Below, in pieces: positions 29,347 to 39,025 of a DNA stretch of 64,000 nt (position 1 is its first letter; each line of letters begins with the position of its first letter). Both the position numbers and the translations under genes were made by a program. The notes beneath the pieces are model-generated. The model did no database searches and was not told the origin of the DNA. It worked only from the letters and a program-made list of their open reading frames with translations. Source of the DNA: an uncultured Actinomyces sp. (GTDB taxonomy: Bacteria; Actinomycetota; Actinomycetes; Actinomycetales; Actinomycetaceae). The stretch covers positions 20-64,019 of the forward strand of contig CAUVMS010000002.1 of NCBI GenBank assembly GCA_963552815.1, written 5' to 3'.

Positions 29347-32300
29347 TCAGGCCTCGCCCGTCTCCGCGGCCGCCTCAGCGGCCGACTCGGTGGCCTTCTC
29401 GACCTTAGCGGTCGGTTCCTTGGCACCCGGGACCGCCACAACCGAGGCGTCCACGCAACCGACCTCCCGCTTGATGAGGTCCAGATGGGCACCGGTCCAG
29501 GCGCCCTTGTCCTCGGGGACGGTCAGCTCCAGGCGGATGCGGTCACCCACGTGCAGGCCGGCGGCCTTGCGCTCGTCCTGGACGAGGCGGACCAGGTCGC
29601 GGGCCCACCCCTCGGCCTCCAGGGCGTCGTCGAGGGCGGTATCCAGGACCACGAAGGCTCCCGAGGGCAGCATGGTGGCGGCCAGGGAGTCGTCGTCGAC
29701 CTCGATGCGGGTGGTCAGCGTGAAGGCGCTGTCCTCCGCCTCCAGAACCACGGGGGCACTATCGAGCAGGACGTCGTCGAAGCGCACGTCCCCGTCCTCG
29801 GTGAGTACCCACTCCCCCGCCTTGACGGCGGCGAAGAGCTTGGAGGTGAGCTTGCGGACCTCGGGACTGAAGGCGCGCGGGTTGAGGCTCAGGTCCGTCC
29901 GGGCCTCGTAGCCGGCGGACTCGGCGTCCAGGACCCGGACCTCCTTGACGTTGACCTCCTCGGCCACGAGCTCGCGGAAGGGGGCCAGCCCAGCCGGGTC
30001 GGCCGTGGCGACGGTCAGGCTGCGCAGCGGCTGGCGCACCCGCAGCTTCTCGGCCTTGCGCAGGCTCAGGGCCGCCGAGACCGCCGCACGGGCCTCATCC
30101 ATGGCGGAAACCAGCTCGGCGTTGGCGACGTGAACGGGCAGCACCGGCCAGTCAGTCAGGTGCACGGAGCGCCCACCGGTCAGGCCCCGCCAGATCTCCT
30201 CGCTCACCAGCGGAGCCAGCGGCGCCATGACCTCGGTGAGCACGCGCAGCACCGTGGCCAGGGCGTCGAAGGCGGTCTTGTCGCCGTCGGTGAAGCGCTG
30301 ACGCGAGGTGCGCAGGTACCAGTTGGTGAGCACGTCGAGGAAGTCGCGGATCGTGGCGCAGGCACCGGCGATGTCGTAGCCGTCCATCTGGGCGGCCACC
30401 GTCTCGGCCAGGTCCTTGGTACGCGCCAGGACGTAGCGGTCCATGACGTGCAGGCCGCCCCGCTTGGCGAACAGGCTCGCATCGTCAAGGTCGACGCCGT
30501 CGGTGACGTAACCGCCGCCGTCCACCTGGCCCGCGTAGAGGGAGAAGAAGTACCAGGTGTTCCACAGCGGCAGCACCACCTGGCGCACCGAGTCACGGAC
30601 GGCCTTGTCGGTGACCACGAGGTTGCCACCGCGCATGACCGGCGCCGAGAGTAGGAGCCAGCGCATGGCGTCGGCCCCGTCGCGGTTGAAGACCATGGAG
30701 ACGTCCGGGTAGTTGCGCAGCGACTTGCTCATCTTCGCCCCGTCGTTGCCCAGCAGGATGCCGTGGGACACGCAGGAGGTGAAGGCGGGCCGGTCGAACA
30801 GGGCGGTGGCCAGCACGTGCAGGGTGTAGAACCAGCCGCGCGTCTGGCCGATGTACTCCACGATGAAGTCGCCGGGGTTGTGGGTCTCGAACCACTCGAC
30901 GTTCTCAAACGGGTAGTGCACCTGGGCGAAGGGCATCGCCCCGGACTCGAACCAGCAGTCCAGGACGTCGGGGATGCGGCGCATCATGGACTTGCCCGTG
31001 GGGTCGTCGGGGTTGGGCCGCACGAGGGTGTCGATGAAGGGCCGGTGCAGATCCTTGACCTCGACGCCGAAGTCGCGCTCGAGCTCGGCGTAGGAGCCGT
31101 AGACGTCGGTGCGCGGGTAGTCGGGGTTGTCGCTGACCCACACCGGGATGGGAGCGCCCCAGAAGCGGTTGCGGGAGATGGACCAGTCGCGGGCCCCCGC
31201 CAGCCACTTGCCGAAGATGCCGTCCTTGATGTGGCCGGGGTACCAGTCGATGTCCTGGTTGAGCTCGACCATGCGGTCGCGGATCGCCGAGACCCGCACG
31301 AACCAGGAGGAGACCGCCTTGTAGATGAGCGGCTTGCGGCAGCGCCAGCAGTGCGGGTAGGAGTGCACGTAGGAGGCCTGGCGCACCAGGACTGCACGCC
31401 GGGTCTCGTCGCGGCGGGCCAGCGGACCAGTGCCGTCGCGCAGGTCGACGACGATGTGCTTGTTTGCGTCGAAGACCTGCAGCCCGGCGTAGTCGCGCAC
31501 CTCCTCGGTCATGCAGCCGCCGTCGTCGACGGGGACGACGGTCTCGATACCGGCCTCGGTGCAGGCGATCATGTCGTCCTCACCGAAGGCCGAGGCCATG
31601 TGGACCAGTCCGGTTCCGTCGGAGGTGGTCACGAAGTCGGCGGCGATGATCTGCCAGGCCTTCGGCCCGGGCGCAGCTCCCTTGGCCCGGTGGGCGTCGT
31701 CGTCGAAGTAGTCGAAGATCGGGTGGTAGCGCCGCCCCACCAGGTCCGCCCCGGTGCAGGTGGCCACGACCTGCGGGTCCTCGCCGAGCTCGCGGGCGTA
31801 GGAGCCCAGGAGGTCACGCGCCATGACGACGTCCTGGCCGGCCACCGGCGAGTCGAGGTCCTCATCGACGTGGACGGTCGCGTACTCGACGTCGGGGCCC
31901 ACGGCGATGGCCACGTTGGAGGGTAGCGTCCAGGGCGTGGTGGTCCAGATGAGGACCAGCTCGGGGCGCTCGGCGCCCTGGCGCAGCGGCTCCTCCAGGC
32001 GCAGGCCCACCGTGACCGTGTTGTCCTGTCGGTCCTGGTAGACGTCGTCGTCCATCTTGAGCTCGTGGTTGCTCAAGGGGGTGCGGTCGTGCCAGCAGTA
32101 GGGCAGGACGCGGTAGCCCTGGTAGGCCAGCCCCTTGTCCCACAGCTGCTTGAAGGCCCACAGGACCGACTCCATGTAGTCGGGGTCGAGGGTCTTGTAG
32201 TCGTTGTCGAAGTCGACCCAGCGCGCCTGGCGGGTGACGTAGTCCTCCCACTCCTTGGTGTAGCGCAGGACGGAGGTGCGGCACTCCTCGTTGAACTTCT

Positions 32301-32739
32301 CGATGCCGATGCCGCCGGGGCGGGTGATCTCGGTGACGTCGTCGATGCCGAGCAGGCGCTGGGCCTCGAGCTCGGCGGGCAGGCCGTGGGTGTCCCAGCC
32401 GAAGCGGCGCTCGACGCGCTTGCCGCGCTGGGTCTGGTAGCGCCCGACGGCGTCCTTGACGTAGCCGGTCAGCAGGTGGCCGTAGTGGGGCAGGCCGTTG
32501 GCGAAGGGCGGGCCGTCGTAGAAGACGAACTCGTCGCAGGGCTCATCGCGGTTGTCGATGGAGGCCTGGAAGGTGCCGTCGGCCTTCCAGTAGGCCAGGA
32601 CCTCCTCCTCGATGGCGGGGAAGGAGGGAGAGGGGTCGATCTGCTCCCCCGGCCGGTGCAGGGGGTAGAAGGCGGCGCCGGTCGGCTCGCTGCTGCGGCT
32701 ACCGGCGGGGACGGGGCTCTCGGCCATCTTCTCAACCAT
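29347..32739 (-). CDS. ileS: Isoleucine--tRNA ligase (type 2)
   Basis: [29 protein letters not shown] and KMSKS motifs; start trimmed to ATG 32739 (alternative 32727) downstream of the T-box. Confidence 0.97.
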   Translation of the reverse strand: MVEKMAESPVPAGSRSSEPTGAAFYPLHRPGEQIDPSPSFPAIEEEVLAYWKADGTFQASIDNRDEPCDEFVFYDGPPFANGLPHYGHLLTGYVKDAVGRYQTQRGKRVERRFGWDTHGLPAELEAQRLLGIDDVTEITRPGGIGIEKFNEECRTSVLRYTKEWEDYVTRQARWVDFDNDYKTLDPDYMESVLWAFKQLWDKGLAYQGYRVLPYCWHDRTPLSNHELKMDDDVYQDRQDNTVTVGLRLEEPLRQGAERPELVLIWTTTPWTLPSNVAIAVGPDVEYATVHVDEDLDSPVAGQDVVMARDLLGSYARELGEDPQVVATCTGADLVGRRYHPIFDYFDDDAHRAKGAAPGPKAWQIIAADFVTTSDGTGLVHMASAFGEDDMIACTEAGIETVVPVDDGGCMTEEVRDYAGLQVFDANKHIVVDLRDGTGPLARRDETRRAVLVRQASYVHSYPHCWRCRKPLIYKAVSSWFVRVSAIRDRMVELNQDIDWYPGHIKDGIFGKWLAGARDWSISRNRFWGAPIPVWVSDNPDYPRTDVYGSYAELERDFGVEVKDLHRPFIDTLVRPNPDDPTGKSMMRRIPDVLDCWFESGAMPFAQVHYPFENVEWFETHNPGDFIVEYIGQTRGWFYTLHVLATALFDRPAFTSCVSHGILLGNDGAKMSKSLRNYPDVSMVFNRDGADAMRWLLLSAPVMRGGNLVVTDKAVRDSVRQVVLPLWNTWYFFSLYAGQVDGGGYVTDGVDLDDASLFAKRGGLHVMDRYVLARTKDLAETVAAQMDGYDIAGACATIRDFLDVLTNWYLRTSRQRFTDGDKTAFDALATVLRVLTEVMAPLAPLVSEEIWRGLTGGRSVHLTDWPVLPVHVANAELVSAMDEARAAVSAALSLRKAEKLRVRQPLRSLTVATADPAGLAPFRELVAEEVNVKEVRVLDAESAGYEARTDLSLNPRAFSPEVRKLTSKLFAAVKAGEWVLTEDGDVRFDDVLLDSAPVVLEAEDSAFTLTTRIEVDDDSLAATMLPSGAFVVLDTALDDALEAEGWARDLVRLVQDERKAAGLHVGDRIRLELTVPEDKGAWTGAHLDLIKREVGCVDASVVAVPGAKEPTAKVEKATESAAEAAAETGEA

Positions 32740-32789
32740 CGCGGTGTGCTCTCGTCTCACTCGTTCCTGCCGCCTCGGGCGGGTGCCCG

Positions 32790-33018
32790 GGGCCTGACGA
32801 GGACGACGTCGGCTCCCGGCCGGGGTTGCTCCCCCGACTGGTGCCGCACCGCGGTACCACCTCGCTTGCCGTGCATGGAGCCCTGGGGCCGGCCTGCACG
32901 ACCGCTTCGTTTCCAGCTGTGACGGGCTGTCCCGTCCGGTTCTACTGAGGGCCGACGACGCTGGTGCGCCGGGGTGGTCCGGTTCTTCCGGAGGCTCGCC
33001 GGTGATGGCCGGGTCTGT
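32790..33018 (-). ncRNA. Actinobacterial ileS T-box riboswitch
   Basis: Minus strand: ccggccATCaccgg (Ile specifier at 33004-33006), gagcctccggaagaac, agtagaaccggacggg...cccgtcacagc, T-box ggtggtaccgcg at 32850-32861; -10 TACACT at 33034-33039. Confidence 0.92.
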
Positions 33019-33155
33019 GCCTTTGCTCCGGGGAGTGTAGTGGGCGGTGCACCACCGGGGCCAGTTCGCCACCCGCCTCAGCGACGTCGTCCTCCCCACA
33101 CTCACGGTTGGAATAGCGGCCGGGTGCACGCCTGTCCCCGGAGCCGGCCCCGACC

Positions 33156-33250
33156 CCAGCGACCATGACCGAATCTGCACACACCGACAAGAACTTCAGA
33201 GACGACACGAATACGCGTCGCCTTTGAAGAAAATGTTGATCTGTGGGCGG
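33156..33250. repeat. 95-bp hairpin-forming direct repeat A, copy 1
   Basis: 92/95 identical to 34280-34374 by manual alignment. Confidence 0.95.
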
Positions 33251-33285
33251 TGGTACTGCTGGTCGCCGGCTCGGATCCGCTCGGT

Positions 33286-34233
33286 CTAGCCGGCTGCGTT
33301 GAGCTCCTCGACGGCCTCCTGAGGGAGACTGAAGCGCGTGGCCTCGACCGCCTCGGTCAGCTGGGCGACGCTGCTCACCCCCACGATGGGGGTGATCGCC
33401 GGCTGCTGGGCGTTGAGGAGGGCCAGGACAACCTGGCTCGGCTTCATGGCAAGACGTTCCGACCACGTGCGCAGCACCGCCAGCCGGTTGTGGGTTCCCG
33501 GGTGCTCGTAGGCCTCGGGGAGCGGGCGCTCCGGGTGCTCGTAGGCGCCGGTGAGCAGCGGCGTGTAGGCCCACAGGTCCAGCCCGCAACGCTCAGCGAG
33601 GTCCTTGCTCTCGATCGTCATCATCCCGTGGGGATGATCCTCGCCCTCAACAGGGACATCGGGCCTGGGGTGAAGATAAGACTCCCGCAGCTGAAGAGCG
33701 GTGAAGCGGGCCGAGCCCTGCTGCTGGGCGTACACGTTGGCCGCGGCGGCGTACCAGGCCGGATGATTCGACAAGCCGATCCGTGGGGTCAGCCCTTGGG
33801 CCACCAGCTCACCGAAGGTCTCGGCGACATCCGAAACCGACTGTCCTCGATCCTCCATGTGGGCCCAGTACAGATCGACGTGCTCCGTCTGCAGCCGTCG
33901 CAGGCTGTCTCGGATGGCACGGAGGACGACGTCTTTCCCAAGGCCTTCCACCGAGTCCGGGAAACCATGGGGACGGGTCGGCTCCGCACCGACCTTGGTG
34001 CTGATCCTCACCTGATCGCGCACGCCACGATCAACGAGCCACTGGCCGATGACGGTCTCGCTCTGACCTCCGAAGCCGGACTCGTCTCCCCAGAAGGCGT
34101 AGCAGTTCGCAGTGTCGATCCACTGGCCGCCCAGATCCAGGTAGGCATCAAGGATCTCCCGGGACTGGGAGGCGGGCAGGCGGGTTCCGAAGTGCATGGT
34201 GCCCAGCGCCATGCGAGGGGGTGCGTCAGTCAT
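33286..34233 (-). CDS. Aldo/keto reductase
   Basis: LGTMHFG, IDTANCY, SETVIG, ISTKVG, DLYWAH and IGLSN motifs. Confidence 0.92.
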   Translation of the reverse strand: MTDAPPRMALGTMHFGTRLPASQSREILDAYLDLGGQWIDTANCYAFWGDESGFGGQSETVIGQWLVDRGVRDQVRISTKVGAEPTRPHGFPDSVEGLGKDVVLRAIRDSLRRLQTEHVDLYWAHMEDRGQSVSDVAETFGELVAQGLTPRIGLSNHPAWYAAAANVYAQQQGSARFTALQLRESYLHPRPDVPVEGEDHPHGMMTIESKDLAERCGLDLWAYTPLLTGAYEHPERPLPEAYEHPGTHNRLAVLRTWSERLAMKPSQVVLALLNAQQPAITPIVGVSSVAQLTEAVEATRFSLPQEAVEELNAAG

Positions 34234-34279
34234 CGGGTTCCTCTCCTCCGTGTCATCAAGGTGAGCGGTGCGAGGTACG

Positions 34280-34374
34280 CCAGCGACCGTAACCGAATCT
34301 GCACACACCGACAAGAACTTCAGAGACGACACGAATACGCGTCGCCTTTGAAGAAAAGGTTGATCTGTGGGCGG
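34280..34374. repeat. 95-bp hairpin-forming direct repeat A, copy 2
   Basis: Matches 33156-33250. Confidence 0.95.
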
Positions 34375-34390
34375 CGCAGTACCGGCGCTC

Positions 34391-35215
34391 TCAGCCCTGC
34401 GTGCTCGGGGTGGCGTCCTGCTGCTGGAGGACGCCGGAGGAGTCGGAGCCACCCTTCTGGTTGCCCTCACCCGATCCGGAGCCTCCAGGCGCGTCCCCGT
34501 TGGGAGTGGTCCGGCCGGCTCCACCAGAGCCTCCTCCCGGACCACCCTGGCCGTTCTGTCCGCCGGAGCCTCCCTGGCCCCCACCGGGACCGCCGCCGGG
34601 CATCTGTCCACCGGGACCGCCCTGGCCGTTGCCGGGCTCCTGCTGGGCGTGACTACCACGGGCATCACTGTCGTGGTCGAGCAGCTCATTGGTGCCCCAG
34701 CCGGCCGCGAAGGTCCCTGCCAGCAGCGCCACCCCGGCAGCCCCCACAACGACGCGACGGCGGTACCAGGGCTGGCGAGCCTTGGCACGCGCCTTCTTGG
34801 CAGCATCGGAGGCAGAGCCGCCGACGCCGATGGTCGCAGCGTTCTGAGCGTCCGGCGTGGCCCATGACCGCTCCAGCCGTGTGTCAGAGGTGGAGTTGCC
34901 GGCGACGGCGGCGCGAGCCGCGCTGGCCGGCGCGTCCGCGGCGACATGTTCAGCACGTTCCGTGGAAGGCTCCTTATGTGATCCGGAAGCGGCGCCGCTG
35001 CGCCCACCGTCCTGGCCCTCGTCCGGCACGGGGGCTGTGGCGGGATCCTTGGCGACATCCTTCACGGCACCTTCTGCGGCGCCGCCGTCGGTCGAGCCCT
35101 GCGAGGGAACCCGCGTGCCGTCGTCGGCGGCGTCCTGGGTGGAGAAGCTCTCTGTGACGGCGTCGCGCCGGGACGCTGAGGTGTCGTCACCACTGGAGGA
35201 GACGTGCTTGCTCAT
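34391..35215 (-). CDS. Hypothetical single-pass membrane protein with low-complexity flanks
   Basis: AAAGGA RBS; basic patch PWYRRR, TM helix, Gly/Gln/Pro-rich C-terminus. Confidence 0.7.
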   Translation of the reverse strand: MSKHVSSSGDDTSASRRDAVTESFSTQDAADDGTRVPSQGSTDGGAAEGAVKDVAKDPATAPVPDEGQDGGRSGAASGSHKEPSTERAEHVAADAPASAARAAVAGNSTSDTRLERSWATPDAQNAATIGVGGSASDAAKKARAKARQPWYRRRVVVGAAGVALLAGTFAAGWGTNELLDHDSDARGSHAQQEPGNGQGGPGGQMPGGGPGGGQGGSGGQNGQGGPGGGSGGAGRTTPNGDAPGGSGSGEGNQKGGSDSSGVLQQQDATPSTQG

Positions 35216-35392
35216 GGATGTCCTTTCAGTCTGGTTCCCGGCCCAGCCGGGGCTGGCGCAGACGTTAGGGACCGGCTCTGTGCCCGCAGCAGGTCAGACC
35301 TGTGGGCAACCTATGACCGGGTGGACCGGCCCATCCAGCGGCGCCCGGTCACGGCACGCCACCGAGCTGCCTGCACGTCTCATGAGTCCCCC

Positions 35393-36175
35393 TCACAGAT
35401 CGCGGGCGACGAGCGTGTTGGAGGCCTGGGCCCGCGGCCGCACCACCATGGAGTCGATGTTGACGTGGGCGGGCAGCTCCAGCGTCCAGGCGATGCAGGC
35501 GGCGACGTCGTCGGCGCTCAGAGGCTCGGCGACGCCGGCATAGACCTTCGCGGCCGCATCGGCGTCCCCGTGGAGGCGGTTGAGGGAGAACTCCTCGGTG
35601 GCCACCATGCCCGGGGCGATCTCGATGACGCGCACCGGCTCACCCACCAGCTCCAGGCGCAGCGTGTTCGCGATGATCCGCTCGGCGTGCTTGGCGGCCA
35701 CGTAGCCGCCCCCACCGGGGTAGGTGTCGTGGGCGGCCGTGGAGGTGAGGAACACCAGGTCCCCTCCCCGTTTGCGCATGCCGGGCAGGAAGGCCTGGCT
35801 CACGCGCAGGGCCGCGAGCACGTTGCGCTCGTACATGGTGGCCCATTCCTCGGCCTTGCCCTCGGCCACCGGGTCGACTCCCAGCGCACCGCCGGCGTTG
35901 TTGATGACCGCGTCGACCGGGCCGGCGTCGAGCACGTCGCGGGCCAGGCGCGCAACATCGCCGGGCTCCTGGAGGTCTGCTGCCGCCCAGGTGCAGCCGG
36001 TCTCGGCGGCCAGGGCCTGGAGGCGTTCGACCCGCCGCGCCGTGGCGACCACCTGCCAGCCGTGGGAGCGCAGCAGCCGGACGGTGGCGGCGCCGATGCC
36101 GGTCGAGGCCCCGGTGACGAGGGCGCGGCGGGCAGACGAGAGACTGCTGGTGAGGTCGTGGTGGTTCTCGCTCAT
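35393..36175 (-). CDS. SDR oxidoreductase (YdfG-like)
   Basis: TGASTGIG, NNAGG and YVAAK motifs. Confidence 0.92.
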   Translation of the reverse strand: MSENHHDLTSSLSSARRALVTGASTGIGAATVRLLRSHGWQVVATARRVERLQALAAETGCTWAAADLQEPGDVARLARDVLDAGPVDAVINNAGGALGVDPVAEGKAEEWATMYERNVLAALRVSQAFLPGMRKRGGDLVFLTSTAAHDTYPGGGGYVAAKHAERIIANTLRLELVGEPVRVIEIAPGMVATEEFSLNRLHGDADAAAKVYAGVAEPLSADDVAACIAWTLELPAHVNIDSMVVRPRAQASNTLVARDL

Positions 36176-36288
36176 TGCTCCACGATACGTCCCCGTCACT
36201 CCGGCCTGGCACAATCGGCCCCGATTCGGTGGAGCCGGCCCGGCTCCGGCCGAACCGCACAACCCGGTACCCCATCGGAAGGCTCCCC

Positions 36289-37650
36289 GTGAACGCCGTC
36301 ATCCTTGCCGTCCTGGTCATGCTCATCCTGGCGACGCTGCGAGTCCATGTGGTGCTCTCGCTGTTTGTCGGCGCGCTCGTGGGCGGACTGACCGCCGGCC
36401 TGGGAATCAGCCAGACGATGGTGGCCTTCCAGGACGGTCTGGCCGACGGCGCCAAGATCGCCCTGTCCTACGCCCTGCTGGGGGCTTTCGCCATGGCTGT
36501 GGCGCACTCGGGCCTTCCCCAGCTGCTGGCGAACTGGCTCATCGCCAAGATCGAGACCGAGGACGCTTCCACCTCCCAGCGAGCCGTGCGCATGACGACC
36601 ATGATGGTGCTGGGCGGTCTGACGGCCATGGCGATCATGAGCCAGAACCTCATCCCGGTCCACATCGCCTTCATCCCGCTGGTGGTCCCGCCGCTGCTCA
36701 TCGTCATGAGCCGCCTGCAGCTGGACCGCCGAGCGGTGGCCTGCACGATCACCTTCGGCCTGGTGACCACCTACATGTTCCTGCCGCTGGGCTTCGGGCG
36801 GGTCTTCCTCCACGACATCCTCTACGCCAACATCAAGGACGCGGGCCTGGACGTCTCCCACATCTCGCCCACTCACGCCATGGGGATCCCGGCGCTGGGC
36901 ATGATCGCGGGTCTGCTCATCGCCGTGTTCGTCACCTACCGCAAACCCCGTACCTACCGGATCGACACCGGTGCCGACTCGGGCGAGGAGATCTCCGGTC
37001 CCGCCGAGATCGACCGCCGCAAGGTGGCGATCGCTCTGGTCGCCGTCGTCGCTTGCTTCGCGGTCCAGACCTGCCTGACCTGGATGGAGTCCAAGGCCGA
37101 TCCGCTCCTGGTCGGGGCGCTCCTGGGCCTGCTGCTGTTCATGGCCACCCGGGTCGTCGCCATCGCCGAGGCCGACGACGTCTTCACCGGTGGCATGCGG
37201 ATGATGGCCCTCATCGGGCTCATCATGATCACGGCGCAGGGCTTCGCCAATGTCCTCAAGGAGACCAAGCAGATCGAGCCGTTGGTGAAGTCGGCGGCCT
37301 CCCTGTTCGCCGGCTCCAAGCCCGCGGCCGCCCTCGTCATGCTGCTCGTGGGCCTCATCGTGACCATGGGGATCGGCTCATCCTTCTCCACCCTGCCGAT
37401 CATCTCGGCGATCTACGTGCCCCTGTGCCTGTCCCTGGGCTTCTCACCGGTGGCGACGGTCTCCCTCATCGGGACCGCCGGGGCACTGGGCGACGCCGGC
37501 TCACCGGCGTCGGACTCCACGCTGGGCCCCACGGCGGGTCTCAACGCCGACGGACAGCACGACCACATGCGCGACTCGGTCATCCCGACCTTCCTGCACT
37601 TCAACATCCCCTTGCTCATCGCCGGCTGGATCGCCGCCATGGTCCTCTGA
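36289..37650 (+). CDS. YuiF-like Na+/H+ antiporter-family membrane transporter (possible amino-acid transporter)
   Basis: NAVILAV, IPVHIAFIP, MGIGSSFST, GDAGSPASDSTLGPT and DGQHDH motifs. Confidence 0.82.
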   Translation: MNAVILAVLVMLILATLRVHVVLSLFVGALVGGLTAGLGISQTMVAFQDGLADGAKIALSYALLGAFAMAVAHSGLPQLLANWLIAKIETEDASTSQRAVRMTTMMVLGGLTAMAIMSQNLIPVHIAFIPLVVPPLLIVMSRLQLDRRAVACTITFGLVTTYMFLPLGFGRVFLHDILYANIKDAGLDVSHISPTHAMGIPALGMIAGLLIAVFVTYRKPRTYRIDTGADSGEEISGPAEIDRRKVAIALVAVVACFAVQTCLTWMESKADPLLVGALLGLLLFMATRVVAIAEADDVFTGGMRMMALIGLIMITAQGFANVLKETKQIEPLVKSAASLFAGSKPAAALVMLLVGLIVTMGIGSSFSTLPIISAIYVPLCLSLGFSPVATVSLIGTAGALGDAGSPASDSTLGPTAGLNADGQHDHMRDSVIPTFLHFNIPLLIAGWIAAMVL

Positions 37651-37777
37651 GGCCGGCCGGGCGGTTGCGGGTGCTGGCACTGCGCCACGAACCAACCGAC
37701 TCTCCGGAAGTCGCTCCGCCCGGCGCGCCGGCGCGGTACCGTGTTGGTCTCACGTCGCAGACGAGCAGGAGGCCCTC

Positions 37778-38602
37778 ATGCGGATCGGTTTCATCGGTGC
37801 CGGCAACATGGTCAGCGCGATCGTGCGAGGGGCGGTGGCTGCGGGAACACCGGCCGGGCACCTGCTACTCACCAGCAAGCACGGCTCCGCCGAGCGCCTG
37901 GCCGGCCAGGTCGGGGCCGTCCACGTGCCCGACGCCGCCGACCTGGTCTCGCGCAGCGACGTCCTCATCCTCGGGCTCAAGCCCTACGTCATCCCCACCG
38001 TCCTGAACCGGCTGTCCGAGGCCATCGGCCGCAGCAAGCCCCTGGTGGTCTCCATCGCGGCCGGCCTGACGCTCGAGCGCCTGGAGTCGATGCTGCCCGA
38101 GGGAACCCGCATCGTGCGCACGATGCCGAATATGGCGGCGGCCGTGGGTGAGTCCATGACGGCGCTGGCGCCGGGACGCAACGTGAGCGCCCGCGACCTG
38201 GAGACAGTGCGCACCCTCATGGAGTCCATCGGGCGCACCGTCATTCTGGAGGAGAAGGACTTCTCCGCCTTCATCGGCCTGGCGGGCTCCTCCCCCGCCC
38301 TGGTGTGCGCTTTCATCGACGCCCTGGCGCGCGCCGGCGTCATGGGCGGAATCCCCAAGGCCCTTGCCATCCAGATCGTGGCCCAGGCGGTGCTGGGGAC
38401 CGCCCGTACCGTGCAGACCGAGGCCCAGCGCACCGCCGAGGGCGGGCACGGTCGCACGCCGGCCGACCTCATTGACGCGGTCTGCTCCCCCGGCGGCACC
38501 TCGGTGGCCGGGATGGTGGCCTTGGAGCGGGCCGGTTTCTCCGACGCCGTCGTGCGCGCCTTCGAGGCCATCGTTGAGCGCGACCGCCAGCTGGGCGCGT
38601 AA
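37778..38602 (+). CDS. proC: Pyrroline-5-carboxylate reductase
   Basis: IGFIGAGNM, SIAAG, RTMPN, GSSPA and VCSPGGTS motifs. Confidence 0.93.
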   Translation: MRIGFIGAGNMVSAIVRGAVAAGTPAGHLLLTSKHGSAERLAGQVGAVHVPDAADLVSRSDVLILGLKPYVIPTVLNRLSEAIGRSKPLVVSIAAGLTLERLESMLPEGTRIVRTMPNMAAAVGESMTALAPGRNVSARDLETVRTLMESIGRTVILEEKDFSAFIGLAGSSPALVCAFIDALARAGVMGGIPKALAIQIVAQAVLGTARTVQTEAQRTAEGGHGRTPADLIDAVCSPGGTSVAGMVALERAGFSDAVVRAFEAIVERDRQLGA

Positions 38603-38691
38603 CCGCGAGCGCACCCCACCGCCGAGCCGGGCGTTTTTCGCGACGGGCGACCGTTTTTCCGCGCCCCTACGCGAAACATGTCGCTCTCGGC
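38602..38691. repeat. 90-bp hairpin-forming direct repeat B, copy 1
   Basis: 86/90 identical to 46527-46616 by manual alignment. Confidence 0.95.
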
Positions 38692-38727
38692 AACGATGTC
38701 GTGACTGGAAGCACATATCGTTCTTGC

Positions 38728-38756
38728 TTGCTGTCAGATAAACCCGTCGCTATTGT
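38728..38756 (+). promoter_or_regulatory. Sigma70-type promoter TTGCTG-17-TATTGT, 7 nt before the sORF ATG
   Basis: Hexamers and spacing read directly from the sequence; geometry fits a leaderless mRNA. Confidence 0.7.
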
Positions 38757-38763
38757 TTCGGCC

Positions 38764-38850
38764 ATGACCTTCTCCCACGCAGCTCTCTTCAGCGGTGCTT
38801 ATCCCGCTGACATTCTGCGTGCTCACGCGGTCATGTGTTGTCAGGCCTAG
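38764..38850 (+). CDS. Putative leaderless Cys-Cys leader peptide (MTFSHAALFSGAYPADILRAHAVMCCQA)
   Basis: 28-codon ORF with tandem TGT-TGT near its end, directly upstream of the sulfate-assimilation operon. Confidence 0.75.
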   Translation: MTFSHAALFSGAYPADILRAHAVMCCQA

Positions 38851-39025
38851 CTCGCGCCTGACGCACTCGAGGGGAAACAGCCCCGCTCAACGAGGGATCC
38901 GGCGCGATGAAGCGTCCGGAAGGCCCCGCTAAGACGGTTTCCGCTGACCTAACAGCCTGACAGCCCTGTGTTCAGCGCACCCGGACGCTCCTGTGCCAGT
39001 GACCCGCCACTGTTATGGAGGAGCA

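Noticed and set aside
29347..32739. Type 2 IleRS as an acquired mupirocin-resistance gene
   Set aside because: Type 2 is the normal housekeeping form in actinobacteria, and here it carries the native T-box
32740..33180. N-terminal ~147 aa of the 1277-aa ileS ORF
   Set aside because: Overlaps the T-box leader, promoter and repeat A, so it is unlikely to be translated
34470..34640. Collagen-like or tandem-repeat protein in the Gly-rich tail
   Set aside because: GGPGGQ-type low complexity without sustained Gly-X-Y periodicity
34234..35058. N-terminal half of the 590-aa ORF containing the aldo/keto reductase
   Set aside because: Runs through repeat A and the neighbouring gene in another frame; the AKR domain begins at ATG 34233 with its own RBS
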